Positions 39,103 through 52,752 of a DNA stretch of 64,000 nucleotides are shown here, in pieces. Where the stretch lies: the NCBI RefSeq assembly GCF_009914755.1, contig NC_060937.1; one strand, written 5' to 3'. Position numbers and translations under genes: made by a program. Under the pieces are notes generated by a model. The model saw only the letters and a list, made by a program, of their open reading frames with translations, did no database searches and was not told the origin of the DNA. Position 1 is the first letter of the stretch, and each line of letters begins with the position of its first letter. This DNA is from the human T2T-CHM13v2.0 reference genome, Homo sapiens.

Positions 39103-42100
39103 AAAATTTAAACATTATTTCATAAAGTGCTTCCTTACTGTTTGGTATTATATTATGAAGAGGAAAAAACTTGAAAAATAATATCTTACATTTATAAAGT
39201 GTTTACAAACAAGCCTTGTTTCTGGTGTTCTGTATTACCTCATTTAATCTTCACAACAACGCTGAAAGATGGTTAGTTCCAGATGAAACATTTTAGAGGG
39301 AAAGAGGTTAAATATGTTGCCTAAGCCTGCACAGAAATGAAGCTGTGCAGAGATGAAGCCAAGAAACCTAAATCCAGAGCCCACACATTAGCCACTAGAT
39401 TATACATACTTCTCAGATATGCCAAACAGACTTTTCATAATATTTCGTCTTTTCTTAGATTGCATCACATTGCACCCAATTAATAAGGGAGACGATTTGA
39501 ATCATTTATAGCAATATTTACACCAAATAAAGGCCAATTGGCAATATGCAAACAATAATTTATTCAACCTTAGAAATAACTGTATTTACCCATATCTAAC
39601 ATCTAGATAAAACTACATAATTTATAATTTTTCTATTAATTAAAAATATCTATATGACTCATAAGCTGCTGATTCAAATCAATGAAAAAAATGAAATAGA
39701 GAAAAGCATTTTCAAGAACATTGTTCTTAAGCGATTATTATTTGTTTTCTAAATTATATAGGCTTTTTCTTAACAGATTCAATTATTCTTAAAGTACTTC
39801 CCTCTACTTATAGTAATGGATAATATTAGTTCAGGGAATATTATGTATTTGCAAAGATCTGCCTAATACATCATAAATTGTTTTTACTAGAATAAAATTT
39901 CTCTTTTTGACAGAAACGTTTAGCCTGCCATTTAAGGCAATATCAGTCTAAAATAGAAATCAATTCCTGACTTAAGTTATTCTCCATATTGTAGTCATTA
40001 CATTCCAGTCAGAGTCTATTGTCTCCTTCCATAAAAGCTATTCTTTGATTTAAATTGCCTGAAAATGTATAAAACCCTTTCCTGTAGAGCAATATGTGCT
40101 GTGTGGATATAGTAATTGACTTACCTAAATTATCTCTGGTACACAGACAGACTTGAATCTATTAGAATTTATGTATCTCATCCTGTTAAATGCTCACGTA
40201 GAGTCTCAACTCTTGTTGAAACCCATGACATTAAAGAAGTCTAAATGTTATGGATAATCTCTATTAATGATGGAGGTTTCTCATATACTCATGCATTTCA
40301 TCTCTCTCTTTATAATCCTTAGAACTTAGCTATTGCTTTACTGAAACTCTGCTTTAGCCTATTAAATGTCATGTAGCCTTACAAACTGAAGTAACTGCCT
40401 GTTTAAGCATCCCGTAAGTACTACTGCTTCTGATTTCAACTAAACTTCGAAAGATATTCCCTAGTTTTATTGTTTTAAAATCTAATCATTCAGCTAGGTA
40501 TGCTGTACTCAATAACTTAATGGTTTTATATGTTTTTATGTCATCCTCATTTCAGCCTTTAGCATTCTTGACTTATGAAATCTAATTGTTTTTGGCCTTT
40601 CCTCATGGAAACTTCAACTTCCTCTTCATTATCTTAGTTTCTCTTCTATTGGCTTTTTCACCTTCATTTTTTGTTTACTGACTTCAGCAATCAGAAATAT
40701 ACCCACACTTCTGAGTTCAGGTGCCATATTCTTTTTTTTAAATAAGTAAATAGATTTTTCTAGAAAAATTTAACCTACAAATTCAGATACCAGCACTTTG
40801 CTAACTTTCTATAATATAGTCCTTTTCTTTCATATTGAAATAAATTTGGGAGAGATAAAGGAAATTTCAGAAAACCCAGGAAAGTAAAGCCTCAATACTT
40901 GAGGTAGTTATAGTCAAGCGAAATGACCACTTAACAGAATCTACATAGAGAAGTTCATGGGGGTGCTAAGTCTTGTTTCACCTTTAAACATTCTGGAGGA
41001 CAAATTGCAAAGTAAAATCATTAAAATCTCAAACTCCATGTTTTTTTCTGGATGATAAAATACAGATTTCATGGAAGCTTTACCAGGTTGTATGACCAGA
41101 CATAAAGATGGCCAATGAGGCTCAGTGTAAGCAATAATGCTCTATGGGGAATATTGCTCAAAGTGCATTAGAAGATTCTTGGTCTTGAATATTGAACCAA
41201 TCTAACATAAGGGCCTGGTTATAAGTAACATTTATACCCTGAATGCATCTATCTAATATGTTGTCTTGAATGTGTGTGATTCCTATAAACTCTGAGTTTA
41301 TATAATTGAATGAACTTTAGTAACTCACTGCTCCCAAAACAAACTTGATCTCCTCCCTTCATGCATTATATTTACAAGTTTTTTTTTTAACCATGTATAG
41401 GCATCATGTATAAGCTACAGCCTAAAAGAAATTAGAAATCATTTACTAGAGGAGATAAATAGGTGCACATAAATTCCAACGGAAGTCAGAATATAGTAAA
41501 TGCATAATAGAGGCGTACATAAAGAGCTGTATAGTTCAAAGATAGAAACTCTCACATAGAGTTAGGTATAATTTGTGAAGTTCTTATCATTAATTTAAAA
41601 AAAATGAACAGGATTTCTAAAGGCAGAATGGAGGGAGTAGTGTTTCCAGGCAGTGGAAGCTGCATGAATAAAGCTTCCAAGGCATATTTCAGTGAACAGC
41701 AAGTTGTCCAGTTTACCTGCATGTTAGAGGATTAGTGCTTGCATGTTGAGTAGGAGCCAATCCCAGAAGCTAAGATGAATTTCACCTAACAAATAGACAT
41801 GGGAGAAAAGTTTTAAAGTTAGTAGTAAAACACTTTTGTTATGGATGCCTGGGGTAAAGAAATGGAAGAGTTGGTAGGTAATTGTGTTTTTTTAGGGAAA
41901 TTTCCAAGTGTGAAATCTTGGAGGGGGTGTAGCTGTTGAATGACTGTGTAAATACCTTAGAGTTACTGTGAACTCAATGCCCTTTATGTTACAAAGATGT
42001 TGGATTATGACAGGTGGCAGCGGTACTAGTGTCCTATGTTGACAATTTCAGTCTCAGGGTTGCATGGCTTCACTGAGGTGTACATGTGTACATTTTATGT

Positions 42101-42274
42101 TTTGGTACTGCTGATTTTATTTTTAGTTGTGAAAATATACAGAACTTTCTTGCTATTGCTAAAAAAAATCCAAGACAATTACTAAACTAAAACTCTAGGA
42201 AGATTTTGGGCAATCACTTAGATTCTTTTTGATTGAACAAATAAGTGAACCTGTTCACTGATTCCCAAGACAGT

Positions 42275-42890
42275 GATGTGGACTTCTGGTGTGTGCACCA
42301 ATATTTTGTAAATGGCCTGGAAGTCGTCATTCCCATTCTTACAACAAGAAAATGTGAGACAAACTGAAAATTAACAACTTTTCTTGGACCCATCAGAGAA
42401 CTGAGATCACAGGGAAAAATGGTCACAACAAAATCTGGAGCGAAAGGCAAATCCAGGGTCCTGGCCAATATCTGCTTACCTGGAGCAGAAGCCACATAAA
42501 CTGTATTCCAGTTTCACAATGACTTGTAGCTGAGAGGGCTGCAGGACTGAGAGTCTCTCTGAGGAATTGTACTTACGGAAGGCTTAAATCAACAAAAGAC
42601 ATAAAAATAAGGACACTAGAAAAATTGGAAGCCTCTGGCACCTACAGCTATAGCAAATATTAAGCCCAGCTAAATTCCTAAACAGATTAATATAAAACCT
42701 CACACTAAAGGCCTATTTCCCTTAGTTCCTATTATCTGATACATTATATCCAGCTTTCAAGAAAATACTCTAAGCCATGCAAAAAACCAAAAAAAAAAAA
42801 AAAACAAAAAAAACACACAATCCGAAGAGACAAAGCAGGTATCTGAATCAGACTCAGATGTGACACAGATGTGGGTATTATCACACAAAG
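42275..42890 (+). mobile_element. Old L1M (L1MC/M4-like) 5' region fragment
   Basis: aaactgaaaattaacaacttttcttggacccatcagagaactgag and gaagagacaaagc...gactcagatgtgacacagatg. Confidence 0.65.
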
Positions 42891-44203
42891 ATAGTCAGGC
42901 TTTGCCACCGTTTGGCATTGTTCAGTATTCCTTGAAAAATTTACCATGCCGTGAATCCTGTCTCATGTCTGAGGCATGAATAATTACAAAATAAGATTCC
43001 CTTAAAAGTCACAAGTATCCGAACTGTGATATACGTGTAGAAAAACCACAGAAAGTAAATTCAGAAGTGTAGATAAATTGCACACCTGTTTCTCTATAGA
43101 ACAGTTATCTAAAGAAAAAGCCAAAAATCTCCTAGGATAAGCTACACCTATATTCTATAGTATAGAATCCCATTCTGGGGTTTGCTGTCTTCAGCTTTTC
43201 TCTTGAATGTTAGAGGATGAGAGGGAAGGGGGGAAAAGGGTACAGAGGAGATACGGAAGGAATGGATGCATTTGGCATGGTGTAAAGCTAGCTATGTCAT
43301 TACTTTCAATGGTTTAGAAGCTTGAAACAAATACAATTATACAGAAGGTTTATATTTAATATAGTTTCCTTTGGAAATCTCTAGTTTTGCAGCTAAGATT
43401 TGCCTTACTACCCAGTTGTTTTTCGTTCACTCTGATTTGTGGCTGAGCTCATGAATCATTTGCCTTTTCTATTATAAGAGAAAAAAAAACCCATTTCCAG
43501 TGATTTCAACTCTATGTTGGTGGCTCCATGTGACAGGCTAGATGATAACCTCAGCCACAGGCTGCAAGTTTGAGACTAGAGAGACTGATCCACAAAGCAC
43601 AATGACAGGAATTCAAGTGAGCATGTAACAGTGTTTTTATTTCCCCAGAGATAGTTGTGGAAGACAAGGGAAATACACTGACGTTATTAGTGATGTATTT
43701 ATAACAGTTTGTACTCCCACCCTCACTTCCATTGTTGAACTGCCATTGTTATTTCCATAAAAATCACCCTAGACAGTTTCAAGTTTATACAAATGATTTA
43801 TTTCCACACTTCCAAGGGGCAAGGGTGAGAAATGGTTCTTTAAAGCAAGTATTTACTTGAGAAAAATTTCAAACAAGTCCTATGGGGGTACAGGATTAAG
43901 AATGAAATCTATGACTGTTTTTCAAAAGCCTTAGCCTAATTAAATAAGCTTTTCTAAACAGCAAGTTACTGTTAATGTTGACATTGCTCATAACACTAAG
44001 TGTAACAGATTGAAGAATGTATATTTAAACTGGGGACTTATTTGAGCCCTTTATTATAATGACCACATATAAAGTAATAATGATCACTAATCATTATCAC
44101 TAAAATACTAATTATCATTTTATTGGCACTGTTTTTGCAATCATCTAAACATAAAGAGGTTGGTTTTTATTAGATTTCCTATTGGATGACCACCTCAACA
44201 TCT

Positions 44204-44346
44204 GTTTTTTTTTTTTTTCTATTTTTAGTAGAGACATGGTTTTGCCATGTTGGGCAGGCTGGTCTTGAACTCCCAACCCCAGGTGATCCACCTTCCTCGG
44301 CCTCCCAAAGTGCTGGGATTACAGGCATGAGCCACCGTGCCTGGCC
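44204..44346 (-). mobile_element. Free AluS-type left monomer
   Basis: Left arm only, ending in gtctctactaaaaatagaaaa(A)n. TSD tcaacatct at 44195-44203 and 44347-44355. Confidence 0.85.
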
Positions 44347-44424
44347 TCAACATCTTAAAAGATAAATCAAATTCATTTTAGCTCTCTGAAACTTTGTCTT
44401 TTTATTTTTATTTTTATTTTTTTT

Positions 44425-44683
44425 AGAGATGAGTGCAATAGCTATTTACAGGCACAATCCCACTACCGATCAAGACGGGAGTTTTGACCTGCTCCGTTTC
44501 CAACCTGGGCTGGTTCACCTCTCCTTAGGCAATCTCCTGGGGGCTCACCATATTGATGCCAAACTTAGTGTAGACACCCGATGACCATAGTATGTTACAG
44601 CGCAGAGCTCCTGGGCTCAAGCAATCCTCCTGCCTCAGCCTTCTGAGCAACTGGGACTATATGTGCGTACCACCACACCCAGC
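44425..44683 (-). pseudogene. 7SL (SRP) RNA processed pseudogene (RN7SL-P class)
   Basis: Contains the 7SL S-domain absent from Alus (gggagttttgacctgctccgtttcc, caccatattgatgcc, aacttagtg). Two internal deletions and an A-rich tail at 44396-44424. Confidence 0.93.
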
Positions 44684-44825
44684 TAATTAATTTTTTTTTT
44701 TTTTTTTGTAGAGACAGGGTCTCAATATGTTGCTCAGGCTGGTCTCAACCTCCTGGCCTCAAGCAATCCTCCTGCCTCAGCCTCCCAAGTAGCTGGGACT
44801 ACAGGTGCCAACCACCGTGCCCTGT
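44684..44825 (-). mobile_element. FLAM_A-like Alu monomer plus A-rich linker, directly 5' of the 7SL copy
   Basis: Minus strand: CCTGTAGTCCCAGCTACTTGGGAGGCTGAGGCAGGAGGATTGCTTGAGGCCAGGAGGTTGAGACCAGCCTGAGCAACATATTGAGACCCTGTCTCTAC(A)17. Confidence 0.85.
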
Positions 44826-46059
44826 GCTCTATGAAACTTTCTAAATAGATCTCAATCAAATATATATGGTGAACTTTTAACTCTCTCAATAGCAATTAGA
44901 AGGGAGTGGGTAATTATTGTGAGAAAATAGTTACCTGCTTTTATTCTTAAAATATCTAAGCCTTAATTAGATTACTTAATGGTGCCTTACAAGTCATATT
45001 CAAACAATTTTGCCTTCAGAGTGACCTCTGAAGTATATTCAGTCCAATTCTCCCAAAAGTCTCTGATGTGCTAGACAAAAGTCTTCTAGAAAGGTTGAAG
45101 ATAGATTTACTTTTGATTGAACTAGATTTCCTTGGGGATCAAATAGGAATTTTTTTTTCAAAGAGGAATTTTAAAGCTAGAGTTAATGATGTTATGGGTT
45201 AACGTGCATGAGTTTGATAGTAAAATAAAGTCAGCTTCAAATCTTTGCTCTAAAAATAGAATCTGGCTTTGGATTAACACATAACCTCCCTGAGATCCAT
45301 GTCTTTATTTGAGCTTGGGGAGAATTGCACAGTGCAGTGCTTGGTACTACATTTGATACCATACTGGCACATGGTAAGGTGCTTAATATCTGATACGTCT
45401 ACAATTCTCCATGTTTTCATATACTAGTGGTCTTTAAGAGGCTTTGCAAATGGATGATGGACATTGAGGAGACCTGAAATTCACACCTGATAGATGGCTT
45501 TAGTTTCTCAGTGAAATGGGAGCTTATCAAGGCTGTCGAATGGAGTGAAGAATGAGATGAAGGTTTAGAATAGCTATTGTACTCACATGCACATGAGTTT
45601 GATATCCTTATTATAAGAATATTGATATTCTGTTTCTTTTATTCCAACTCAAGACTTGTAGCGTCCCTTCTCTACCATTTACTGCAAAAAATTCCACAGC
45701 TATTAGTTGGTGAGATGAAATTAATACAAAGGGAAGTCATAGTAGAAAATATACTTTCTTAATGGTTTATGATGTTCTCACAAAGCTAAAGAAAATACCT
45801 TGGGAAGTAAAACATAAAAGATTGCTGCACTGCTTTTTCTTGTGTTAATTTATTCACACATTTATTTGGAAAACGCTTACTTAACATTTATCTGCAAATA
45901 TGAAGATTTGTAAGATAATGTCTACACATCTCAAAAATTAACAAATACTTTTAAATTGATCACTGATTTTTAAAATTTAGTTTATTTTTAAGGCACTTCA
46001 GGATTAAGAAAGATAAGTAAACAATGAGTGACAATATACAGTCTATGATATTACAGAAT

Positions 46060-46505
46060 ATGCAGCCACACAGGTATGTCACTTAGATTTCTCTTCAAGA
46101 GAAAATCTACAACAAGGAGGGAATTTAGGTGACAGATTCCAGTTGCAGCAAATTCAGGATCTCTTGTAGCATTCATTTGTGCTGATGCTACACTCTTTCT
46201 GGACAGCCCTTGTTAATGACTGAACATAGCAGAATGGATAGAGCTTGGTACTGCCCAATACTAAGTTCTTCTACGGCAGTCTGAGATGAGGGTTCCCTGT
46301 TGTCTGGCCAAGACTTCGCACTGCAGTTTGAGACTTGTCCACCTTTACTCTATCTTCTTATAGGTTTTAGACATGCATCACAGTCTGTAGCCTCTACTTG
46401 CTTTCTCCTGCACCTTTTGCCCTTTGTCTTCCAAAAACTTTTACCCCAGTAAATCTCTTCCACTTCAACTCAGCCTTAGACCTTAATTGACACACTGAGT
46501 TCTGT
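46060..46505 (+). mobile_element. LTR16-like (ERVL) LTR
   Basis: cttagatttctcttcaagag...cccttgttaatgactgaacatagc...ccccagtaaatctctt. Confidence 0.55.
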
Positions 46506-46509
46506 GGGA

Positions 46510-48964
46510 ACACGGAAACCAAGGTATCTAAGTCCGCTTGGGGATGAAAGAAAAAAAGCTACTGAAATAATGCTTGAAGTCTTGAAGGCCAAATATGAAC
46601 TTACCTGGCAGGTAGGCAGGAGACAGTGTTCCAGACAATTGGACCAGCATGTTAAAGGGGCAGATACAGAGCACAGGATCTGTGAGTAATCCCACAAAGC
46701 ACAGGATTGCCTCAACTAAATGCCCTTGAAACAAAACTAGATTTTCCTCTTTGCCCTGAGAAACCTCCTTAACCTTCCCATAGTTAACAGGATTTTTCAT
46801 ACATTTCTCATCCCTTCCAACCAAAGAGTGACCATATAACCTCTCCTCCCCAAGTCCTCACTGTCCCTTTGATAGTTCTACTCTGGATCTTGATCTGGAA
46901 CTGCTATACCTCCTGCCTGATATATATCATGGTTTGGGTTGCAAGCCAATACCTCGTGTGCATGGGTCCTAGCTGCCCCCAAAATGTGTTGTTTCTCTTC
47001 CACTGTACAACACAGAGACAATAAAACATGCAGATCCTGCCAAGTTAAACTATACGTCAGAGTTAATTTCTCAAACTTATCTATGAATTTTCCCGGGTCT
47101 TCAGAGAAATGACCAAACTCCTCTTTATATACAGCCAAATCAGACATAGAAAAGGGAACATGTACTCTCACAGTGACTTCTTCCCCATTTGTCACCTCTC
47201 TAAGTCTACAAAGGTTTCCCTTTGGAGGTTGATAGGAGGCTCCACTACAAGTAGTACTTGCTGGGCTGAGTTCCTCAGGGAGTGGTGGGTATAGTGTGGG
47301 ACTAGATGGGTAAGGAATAGGGGACAATGGGTTTCCAATAGAACATTCAGGTGGGCTGAAGGGAGAAAGGACCAACACATCTGAACCTTCAGAGCTGACA
47401 GAAGGAGGCTCTGCTCCACCCAAAAGTGCCCCTAAACTGGGGCAGTAGGGGGTTGCATTAAAGAATCACCTAGTATGTCTAGCTCTTTTTCTTCTTTACC
47501 TCTCATCAAGCATGCACACACCTGCTGCAGGGTTTTATCCTGACTGAGCAGCAAAAATGCTTGAACATATGGTATTTCATCCCAGTTTCCCTCCAGCTTA
47601 CAAAACAAATCAAGTTGAAGTGCAGTATTAAAGACTGTAGTTCCAGTAGGAGGCTCTTTCTCTTGTTTTTACAAATAATAACAAGGCCAAATAGTATTAC
47701 ATAGAAACACCAGTTTTCTCATCTTAAGCCCATTCAGTTTAATCTGGTCCCAGTGTTCAAGAATACATCCTACTGGTGAGTTCTTTGGAATTGATGCCAC
47801 GGTTCCCATGAAGGAGGCAGGTGATTTTTGAAAGAAAAGTTCCAAACCTGCGAGATTGTATTGCCACTGGCCAAGTTCCACTAAAAAGGATAAGAGAGGT
47901 TTTTAAGGCCAGCTACATTAATGAGGGGATCCCTGTCGAAAATTGAATTCTCTTATTCACATTACCCAAATAATATAGGTGAGCTGAGCCATGAATCTTA
48001 GATAAACCACAACATGGACTTTGACAAAAATGCTTAATAAGGCAAGGGAAATGAGAAGGATTTAGATGGGAATGACCAGAGCAAGCAGGTTTTGGGCAAT
48101 AGCAGTAGGGTGGATTGGATAAGCAAAGCCAGTCTGCCTGAATCTAAGAAGGAAAGAAGTGTTTTTTTTGTTGTCGTTTTGTTTTGTTTTTTCAGTTTGC
48201 AAAATGAAACAAAACAGCAAGGAGAAAAGTCCCCCGATTACCATCTTAGTGCTTCTCAATCACACCTAGTCAGCATAGTGACAACAAAACATAACCACAT
48301 CTATCTAATCTTATTGGCTGTAGCTGTTAAATATCAAATCTCAATCAGCAATTTTAGAGATGGAGCCTTCAATGCTTTTTGTTCCCAATGTTTCACAAAC
48401 TAATGGACAGAAATTGGGAGGGGCACAGGAGAAGAATAAGTTCAAATACAGTTAAGTAAAGTCTCCTGAAAATGACAGTGAAACAGAGACAGCAACCAAG
48501 AAATTGATTGGTGCAGCAAAGAGAACAAGGCTGATGAATACGAACAGCATAGCCCGTGGTGTCAAACCCGTTCTTAGCCAAAAGGGACTTTACTGAGAGG
48601 GGCTTCTAATCCCCTAAATTTTAGAAGTGATTCTAACCTCTCAAGTTGGGCCTCTAACCCAAGGTCTGTCAAGTGTCCGTGCCTTTTATTGAGAGGAGGC
48701 TTTAACCCTCTTAGTCTTTAGGAGAGACTGTAACTCCCCTAAATTGGGCCTCTAACCCAATCCCATTCTTTACTCAAGTATGCACCCCACTTACCCAAAG
48801 TCGTCCAATCAGTGCTGCAGTCTATTTCCTTTGGGTTCGGGGTCTCTTCAGTATCATCCATTTGGTGGTTTGCCAGAAATATGTTACCGGACAACCCTAC
48901 TTACCCAAAATTAGCCTTTGGGTCGGGGGTTTCCCCACTGCAATCCCTTCATGGTCACCAGAAA
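46510..48964 (-). mobile_element. ERV1 internal region (MER41/MER4-group): leader and decayed gag, 3' truncated
   Basis: Gag remnants MGTVASIPKNSPVGCILEHW, VHVPFSMSDL...LTWQDL and VNYGKVKEVSQGKEEN. PBS TGGTGACCATGAAGGGAT (tRNA-Arg-like) at 48943-48960. Confidence 0.85.
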
Positions 48965-49479
48965 TGTTGCAGGGAAGAGGTCCCGATCCAGATCCCAAGA
49001 GAGGGCTCTTGGATCTCATGCAAGAAAGAATTTAGGGAGCGCAAAGTAAAAGCAAGTTTATTAAGAAAGTAAAGTGGTGAAAGAACAGCTACTCCATAGA
49101 CAAGAGGAGGACGTTCCCGAAAGTAGGAGAAGGAATGCATCCACCCTGGCTACAGTGCTTATATATGTGGGGGAGATGTGCTCTGCTACAAGGGTTTGTG
49201 ATAAAGGATTAAGTTTCTTCATTACTATATTTTGCAAAAAAATCAGTGTTATTATCTTTAAAGCAAAATTAGGAATGCTTCTGTTCTCCAGATATTGGGA
49301 TATGTGGACACTCCTAAGTCTGAGTCTGTTTAATAAACATTATTAGTTTGTTCCCTTAACTGCAAACATCTGGAGGCCAGGAATGCCTAACTTTCTAAGA
49401 ATGCAGCTCAGCAAGTCCCAGCCTCATTTTCCTAGCCCTCATTCAAAATGGAGTTGCTCTGGTTTGAATGCCTCTGACA
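48965..49479 (-). mobile_element. MER41 5' LTR (MER41C/D-like)
   Basis: Minus strand starts TGTCAGAGGCATTCAAACCAGAGCAACTCCATTTTGAA and ends CCCTGCAACA, with TATATAA and AATAAA present. Confidence 0.88.
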
Positions 49480-51332
49480 TATATATAGAAAGCTAATTTA
49501 ACCCAAGAAAAATTAAAGTACTACAATATTTAGGGTTTTTAAAGTAAAAAATACTGTGGCTGAAGAAAAAATTTAATGGGAACAGAGACCCTCTATTAGA
49601 TAATGTGAATATGTTTTTAAGTAGAAATCAATTTTACCCTGAATCTCATGATGCCCTGGACCTAAGATGTTGTTTATCCTATCAAGGGGCCCTTGTATTG
49701 CTCTGTAGATTGATATTGTATACCCCATCACATTGCTGATTTTCATGGATGTGCTGTGGAGGCCTTGACCCCAGGCAAACTGCATTCCTTTGAGGTTAAC
49801 ACAAGCAGGGCTTTATGGAAAGCGTTGTACAAGGGACAATGACTGCAGAGTAAATGCTGAGGGAGCCAGCCAGCTCACCAGTTTCTAGGCAGCTTTAGTC
49901 TACAGTAACCAAATGCATCTCAAGACACTGGATTCCAAACTGTGAGAGAAAGAAAGAACAACCATCTTATATTTTCCAATGTCTTTATCTTTTAGTTGTA
50001 CATCCTTAGAAATGCTTTGAAACAACCAAAAATCAAACCACTACCCCAAACAACACCTCAGAAAGGTAGCATTTACCAAACTTGGTTTAGATTTAATGCC
50101 AAAAACTAGTTTTGAGATGACAAAGAGCTGTCCTTTCATTATGAATATTCAAATGACCAGTTCCTGAGTAACTGACATTATTAAGTTGGTCCAATTAAAT
50201 AAATACCATAGAGTTACTAAGGTGGAAGATATATATTACATATGTATACTGTATTTGTATTTTTAAAGATTAAAATATAAATATATATATATATCTTTTA
50301 TTTTCCATTTATTTGAAATCGAAAAATAAAACAATCATTCAGGGAAATGAATCAGTCTTAAAAGGCTGGTAGAATTGGAATGCATGAAGAGAGAAGGATT
50401 AGCCACCTACAACCAGAATGAACATGGCATTTTTTAGACGAGTAAAGAGATTGGGCTTTCTACTATCTGTTGGGTTAGAGGGTAGTGAAATAAATAGTCT
50501 GGACTAAACGATGGAAAACCTTAAAAGTAGAGCAAATCAATTTGCATACAGAATACCCTTGAATAGCATATGTGTGTTTGAATGGAATAATAAAGGCTAG
50601 AGTGACTGTGGTAGAGAGATGGATTTGGGGAGATGTTGAATGAAGTAAAGGGCATTAGGTAGGAGTTGATTGCAGGAACCCAGGGACCATATAATGAATA
50701 TCTGAACTCGGATGGCTGTGACAGGGAAAATAAAATGGACAGGACAGATAGAAGTATCAATTCATAGGGAAAAATTAGTTGTTTCCAACTGTCCTTTAAA
50801 TTTGGCATCAAGTAAAAAATATATGGCCAATCTTTCTAACCTGTAGTATTTTTTAAAACTTCACTTTTTGGAGAATTTTATATGTACATAAAAACAGATA
50901 CAATATTATGATGAACCCCAATCACTCAACTCCAACCTGCAGGCAATGCTGCCCTATCTATATCCTTATCTACTTCCCCCTTCTTTTGATTTATAATTTG
51001 CAATTCCAACATTGCATCCCTTTTTTCTTTTGTTTCTTGTGTTGACATTTAACATGAGCTCTACTCTGTTAAAAAAAATTTTAAGTACATAAGACCTTTT
51101 GTTAGTCATAGGTACTATGTTTTACAGAAGATCTCTGAAACTCATTTATTTCCTATATCTGTAAATTTATACAAGATTTATAAAAACTCCTTATATGCCC
51201 CTTCTCCCATTCTCTGGTAACACCATTCTATTGTCTACTTCTATACCATTGGCTATTTTAGAAGTATCTTATGTGTAAGAAAAATCATGCAGTGTTTGTC
51301 CTTCTGTGATTGACCTATCTCACTTGGGATAA

Positions 51333-51713
<381 letters not shown>

Positions 51714-52752
51714 AGGATTTTCTTTTTTTAAGGTTCTGTTTTAGGTATATAGCAAATTTCTGTATCCTTCATTTGTAATGGACATATTTGTTGTTTCCAT
51801 ATCTTGGCTATTGTAAACAACACTGCAATGAACATAAAAATGTAGCTATCTGCCTAAAATCTTGATTCCAATTCTTTTAGATACATACTCAGAAGTGAAA
51901 TTGCTGAATCATATGGCAGTTCTATTTTTAATTTTTTGAGACACCTCCATACTGTTTTCTACAGCAACTGCACCATTTTACATTCCCACCTACAATGTAC
52001 AGAGGTTCCAATTTCTCCACCTCCTTTCTAATACTCATTATCTTTTATTTATTTGTTGTTTGATAATAGTCATTTTAACAGATATATGATGATATCTCAT
52101 TGTGGTTTTGATTTGCATTTCCCTAATGATTAGTGAGGTTGAGAATCTTTTCATATACCTGTTGACATTTGTATGTCTTTGGAGAAATGTCTATTCAGTT
52201 CCTTGCCTTTTTAAAAATTAAATTGTTCATTTTCTTGCTATTGAGTCTTAGGAGTTTCTTATATACTTTGGATAGTAATCCCTTATCAGATATATGATTT
52301 GCAAATATGTTCTTCCATTCTGTTGGTTCCCATTTTATTTTTTAATTGTTTCCTTTGCCATGCAAAAGTATTTAGTTTGATGTAATCCCACTTGTCTATT
52401 TTGGCTTTTGTTGCTTATGCTTTTGGTGTCATATTCAAGAAATCATTGCCAAGTCAATTGTCCATCATCAAGAATATTTTTCCCTATGTTTTCTTCTAAG
52501 AGTTTTATGGCTTCATGTTTTACATTTAAGTCTTAAACCTGATTTAAATTTTGTGTACCATGTAAGATAATGGTTCAATTTCATTCTTTTGCTTGTAAAT
52601 AACCAGTTTTTCCAATACTGTTTATTAAAGAGACTACCCTTTCCCTATTGTACATTCTTGACATCCTTGTTAAATATTAGTTAAATTTAGGTGTGTGGAA
52701 TTACTTTTGGGCTCTCTATTCTGTTCCATTGGGGTGTGTGTATGTGTGTGTG

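Noticed and set aside
46878-47423. 181-aa gag-like ORF as a domesticated capsid gene
   Set aside because: Begins at a non-ATG codon, and flanking gag pieces are broken by stops and frameshifts; consistent with neutral decay.
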